DNA of 64,000 nucleotides from Rhizodiscina lignyota (Eukaryota): NCBI GenBank assembly GCA_010015805.1, contig ML978133.1, positions 744,001 to 808,000 of the forward strand, read 5' to 3'. Shown piece by piece: positions 60,792 to 64,000 of this stretch (position 1 is its first letter; each line of letters starts with the position of its first letter). The notes under the pieces were generated by a model. It saw only the letters and a program-made list of their open reading frames with translations, ran no database searches and was not told where the DNA came from. The position numbers and the translations under genes were made by a program.

Positions 60792-62423
60792 ATGCTGTCC
60801 CATTTCCTTACGTTGGGTTTCTTCCTTGAGGTTGCCATTGCCTCAAGGAAACATGCCAAATGTGCCTCGCTCGATGGTTTAAAATTGAACGATGGAACTG
60901 GTATTGTGGTCTCTGCCACAGCGATCGCTGCTGGTAGCAACTTTACAGGCACTTCTGCTGAACCAAGCTACAATATACCTCAGATTGATCTTCCAAGCCT
61001 CTGTCGCGTCATTTTCCATGTCGAAACAAGTCCGAACGATGGGTCAGCAACCGGCGAGGTTTGGCTTCCGCCACCATCTGAATGGAATAGGAGATTCCTT
61101 GCAGTCGGAAATGGGGGGTTCGCAGGTGCAGTCAATTATCCTGACGTCGTTTGGGGCGCCCGGAAGGGATTCGCGACGATGAGCACGAACACCGGCCATG
61201 TTTCTGGTCAGCTCAATGGCACCTGGCTCCTTAATCCGGAACAAGAAATCGACTGGGGCCATCGAGCACTCCATATAACATCGGTGGCCGCGAAGCAAAT
61301 CGTTAATGAATACTATCCATCACATTTCACATATTCGTACTATGCCGGGTGCTCTACAGGCGGCCGGCAGGGTCTCAACGCTGTGCAGAAATATCCCGGT
61401 GACTACGACGGCGTCCTCGCAGGCTCCGCGATACCTCACCAGACTGTTACATCTGGCTGGCAGACGTACGTGGCTTTACTCCAATTCCCGAACAACCGCT
61501 CTAGCTTTATCCCCGCCACCATGTGGCCAACGATCCATCAAGCTGTTCTTGACCAGTGTGATGACATCGACGGCGTTAAGGATGGTATCATCATGGACCC
61601 ATCCAAATGTTCGTTCCATCCAGAAACTCTCTTGTGCGGCAAGAAGACTGCGAACGCTTCGGCATGCTTATCGTCAGACCAACTGGTGAACCTGAAGCGG
61701 ATGTACATGCCTTGGCAGGATGACAAAAGCAATTTGATCAATCCCGGAATCTCGCCCAGTGGCGAGACTGGCTTCACAATACTGATGAACGGCAATGAAC
61801 CTACCTTTGGACCCATCTTCTATTCCTATGCAATTTTCAATAACTCAGACTGGGACTGGTCAACTATGAACGTGAGCGATGCGCTCTTGGCGGAGCGCAT
61901 TGACCCCGGTGGTTGTGATGCGTACAATCCTGATATGCGCCCGTTCCAGGAAAGAGGCGGCAAGCTCATTCACTACCACGGCTATTCGGACCCCTTGATT
62001 CCGACACTGAACGCTGCGGCATTCTACAATCTCGTGACTTCATTCTACGAGGATGTGGGTAGAGCAGCAGATGTCGAAGACTTCTACCGACTATTTACCG
62101 TTCCGGGTATGGGCCATTGCAGCGGCGGTGTAGGTGCCTGGGTTATCGATGGAGCATCGCAAGGCGGCGTGATCCCGAAAGAGAAAGGAAGCAGTCACTC
62201 GATGCTGTGGTCGCTGGTGGAATGGGTCGAAAGTTCTGCCGTTAAATCTGCGAGAGGCAAAGCGCCCGAAAGCATACTTGGAACCAAGTATGTCAATGAT
62301 ACCGCTAGCTTAGGCATTGAGTTTGAGAGACCCGTCTGTCGTTGGCCGACTGTGGCGAAGTACACCGGAGGTGATGCTAAGGAGTCGAGGAATTGGATAT
62401 GTCCCGAGAATGGCATCTACTAA
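60792..62423 (+). CDS. Secreted tannase/feruloyl esterase family protein, intronless
   Basis: Signal peptide, RFLAVGNGG, STNTGH, YYAGCSTGGRQG, CDDIDGVKDG, GKLIHYHGYSD, RLFTVPGMGHC, RPVCRWP. Confidence 0.95.
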   Translation: MLSHFLTLGFFLEVAIASRKHAKCASLDGLKLNDGTGIVVSATAIAAGSNFTGTSAEPSYNIPQIDLPSLCRVIFHVETSPNDGSATGEVWLPPPSEWNRRFLAVGNGGFAGAVNYPDVVWGARKGFATMSTNTGHVSGQLNGTWLLNPEQEIDWGHRALHITSVAAKQIVNEYYPSHFTYSYYAGCSTGGRQGLNAVQKYPGDYDGVLAGSAIPHQTVTSGWQTYVALLQFPNNRSSFIPATMWPTIHQAVLDQCDDIDGVKDGIIMDPSKCSFHPETLLCGKKTANASACLSSDQLVNLKRMYMPWQDDKSNLINPGISPSGETGFTILMNGNEPTFGPIFYSYAIFNNSDWDWSTMNVSDALLAERIDPGGCDAYNPDMRPFQERGGKLIHYHGYSDPLIPTLNAAAFYNLVTSFYEDVGRAADVEDFYRLFTVPGMGHCSGGVGAWVIDGASQGGVIPKEKGSSHSMLWSLVEWVESSAVKSARGKAPESILGTKYVNDTASLGIEFERPVCRWPTVAKYTGGDAKESRNWICPENGIY

Positions 62424-63316
62424 CACAGACATAGGCGAAGGTGCAAGCAGCCGGACTTTAAGTTCAAGGAGCAAGGTGTCCACGTGTGCGTCGCTCTCAA
62501 TATGAGCGTGCTCAAAACTAGTAGTACGTTCGACAAAAGTAAAACGTGCCAACACAATATCAATAATACCTTCCCAGCACATGCTGAATCTTTCGTACTG
62601 GCTCACCGCATAGTCTTTCCATAGGCTTGAGCGAACTCCAAAGAACATTTCCGGCTGCATATTCTGTGCACCGTATATTGTGTACACTGTATATTCTGTG
62701 CTCCGTATGCCTTACCTACGGGAATTTTTTAGCCGGCGATATATGTCCAAGTCAATACTGAAAGTCACTCATTATTAAAATTTGCTATAATTCGGTTGCA
62801 CCAATGCATAGGCGAGCCTTAGGAGTTGTCCACAAAGTAGTTGGAGAATATCATATGTTCGGCGATTTTCGCTCGGCGTTTTGCGAAACTACGGTACGTA
62901 CGTCCGGCGACTTGTTTATGCTCTCCTCATTCCCCGCAACCGAACTCTTTCTACCTTGTCAATCCTTCCCTTTACTGGTACCAATGTTGGGGAACTGCAT
63001 CCTGCGAGGATCTGACAGCGGTGGTCTTCATGCCCTAATGCGGAGTCCTCTCCTCTTCAGGTGTACCCCAGATCTCCGCACTTCCCCGGAAACGACTCAT
63101 ACCAAAATTCATCCATGCCTTACTACAAACCGGTATGTTAAATAAACTACCGACGACTATGACTTGCGCAGGGAGAGATAAAAGATTGTCATCTGCTTTC
63201 GCCCGACATGCAGATGCATCTGTATTGTCTTGGGACTTGCCAAGTCACATATCTGTTGTTGCTGCTCTTCATTTGGCCGAGCGATTGTGCACGTGTTTGA
63301 AGCCGAACTCGCACCC

Positions 63317-64000
63317 ATGGCAGACGACAAGTATGCGGACAAGGGACAGACCGCGGAGATAGAAGAGAGAATTGAGAATCCCGAACATCACACTGTTGTC
63401 GAGAAGGATGATATTCAGGGCGACATCGACGTCGGTGCTCAAGCTCTACAGGGGCAAGAGCTGAACTTCACGGAGCAAGGTAAGTTCTCAATACTCTTGG
63501 GACAGACTGTCGACGTTAACAAGATGTAGAGAACAAACGCATCCTTCGGAAGATTGATTGGCGTATTGTTCCTCTTGCCGCCTGGGCATGTGGACTGCAG
63601 TTTGTCGATAAGGTGTGCTATTTCGTCCCGTTGCGGAGTAATTCATTTGTTTCAGTAGGATCTAACATCTGTAAAGTCTGGTCTCGGTGCCGCTGCAACT
63701 TATGGTCTTACCGATGATCTTGGTCTCGTTGGTCAGGAATATTCATGGTGTGTCTCCGTAAGTTGTCCCAAGGACATCGTCTGTCCGTGGTACTGAATTA
63801 ACGCTTCCACACAGATATTCTACTTTGGTTATTTGGCTGGCGCGTTCTTCTCCGGCCGTGCCCTCCAATGGTTTCACGCCGGGAAGGTCATCGGAATAGC
63901 CTTCTTCCTTTGGGGATGTACATTACTGGGCTGTGTTGGGGTTCACAATTTCTCAACATTGATGGCCTTGCGCTTCCTGCTCGGGTAAGAAGTTTCGGGT
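63317..64000 (+). CDS. MFS transporter, allantoate permease/ACS-like; multi-exon, runs off the window end
   Basis: MADDKY..., ILRKIDWRIVPL, LQFVDK, LVGQEYSW, IFYFGYL, LMALRFLLG across GT-AG introns. Confidence 0.88.

Noticed and set aside
62659..62708. Short imperfect repeat atattctgtgcaccgtat / atattctgtgctccgtat
   Set aside because: Too short to interpret. It is not a CRISPR array, and the sequence is eukaryotic.

Overview
This is intron-containing genomic DNA from a filamentous ascomycete (fungal GT-AG introns with CTRAC branch points; the gene repertoire looks Pezizomycotina, possibly Dothideomycetes, which is inference). About 30 genes or gene relics are present. Housekeeping genes include taspase, ARP3, TRM2, MRPS5, an NRC-2/Fpk1 kinase, MRE11, RSM19, TAF10 and a VPS9-ANK-PX protein. 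There are also secreted hydrolases (a GH121/MGH1-like six-hairpin glycosidase, GH43, acid sphingomyelinase, carboxylesterase, tannase), a TetX-like monooxygenase, a P450, a homocysteine S-methyltransferase, an MFS transporter and several decaying genes. The standout is a compact accessory island at about 8.4-14.4 kb. Three DUF3328/UstYa-family (HxxHC x2) oxidase genes surround a two-exon 58-aa secreted peptide gene that the ORF track misses (MRFYAVAVFGIAVLFSSVLA-LPAELSKK-AVSAESMETIKASIEAIQDED-YDWARGETD*). It looks like a single-core, non-repetitive dikaritin-type RiPP precursor. The island is bracketed by a diverged ~220-bp direct repeat and has probable transposon relics on its right side. 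All family calls come from motif recognition by eye; no database searches were run.
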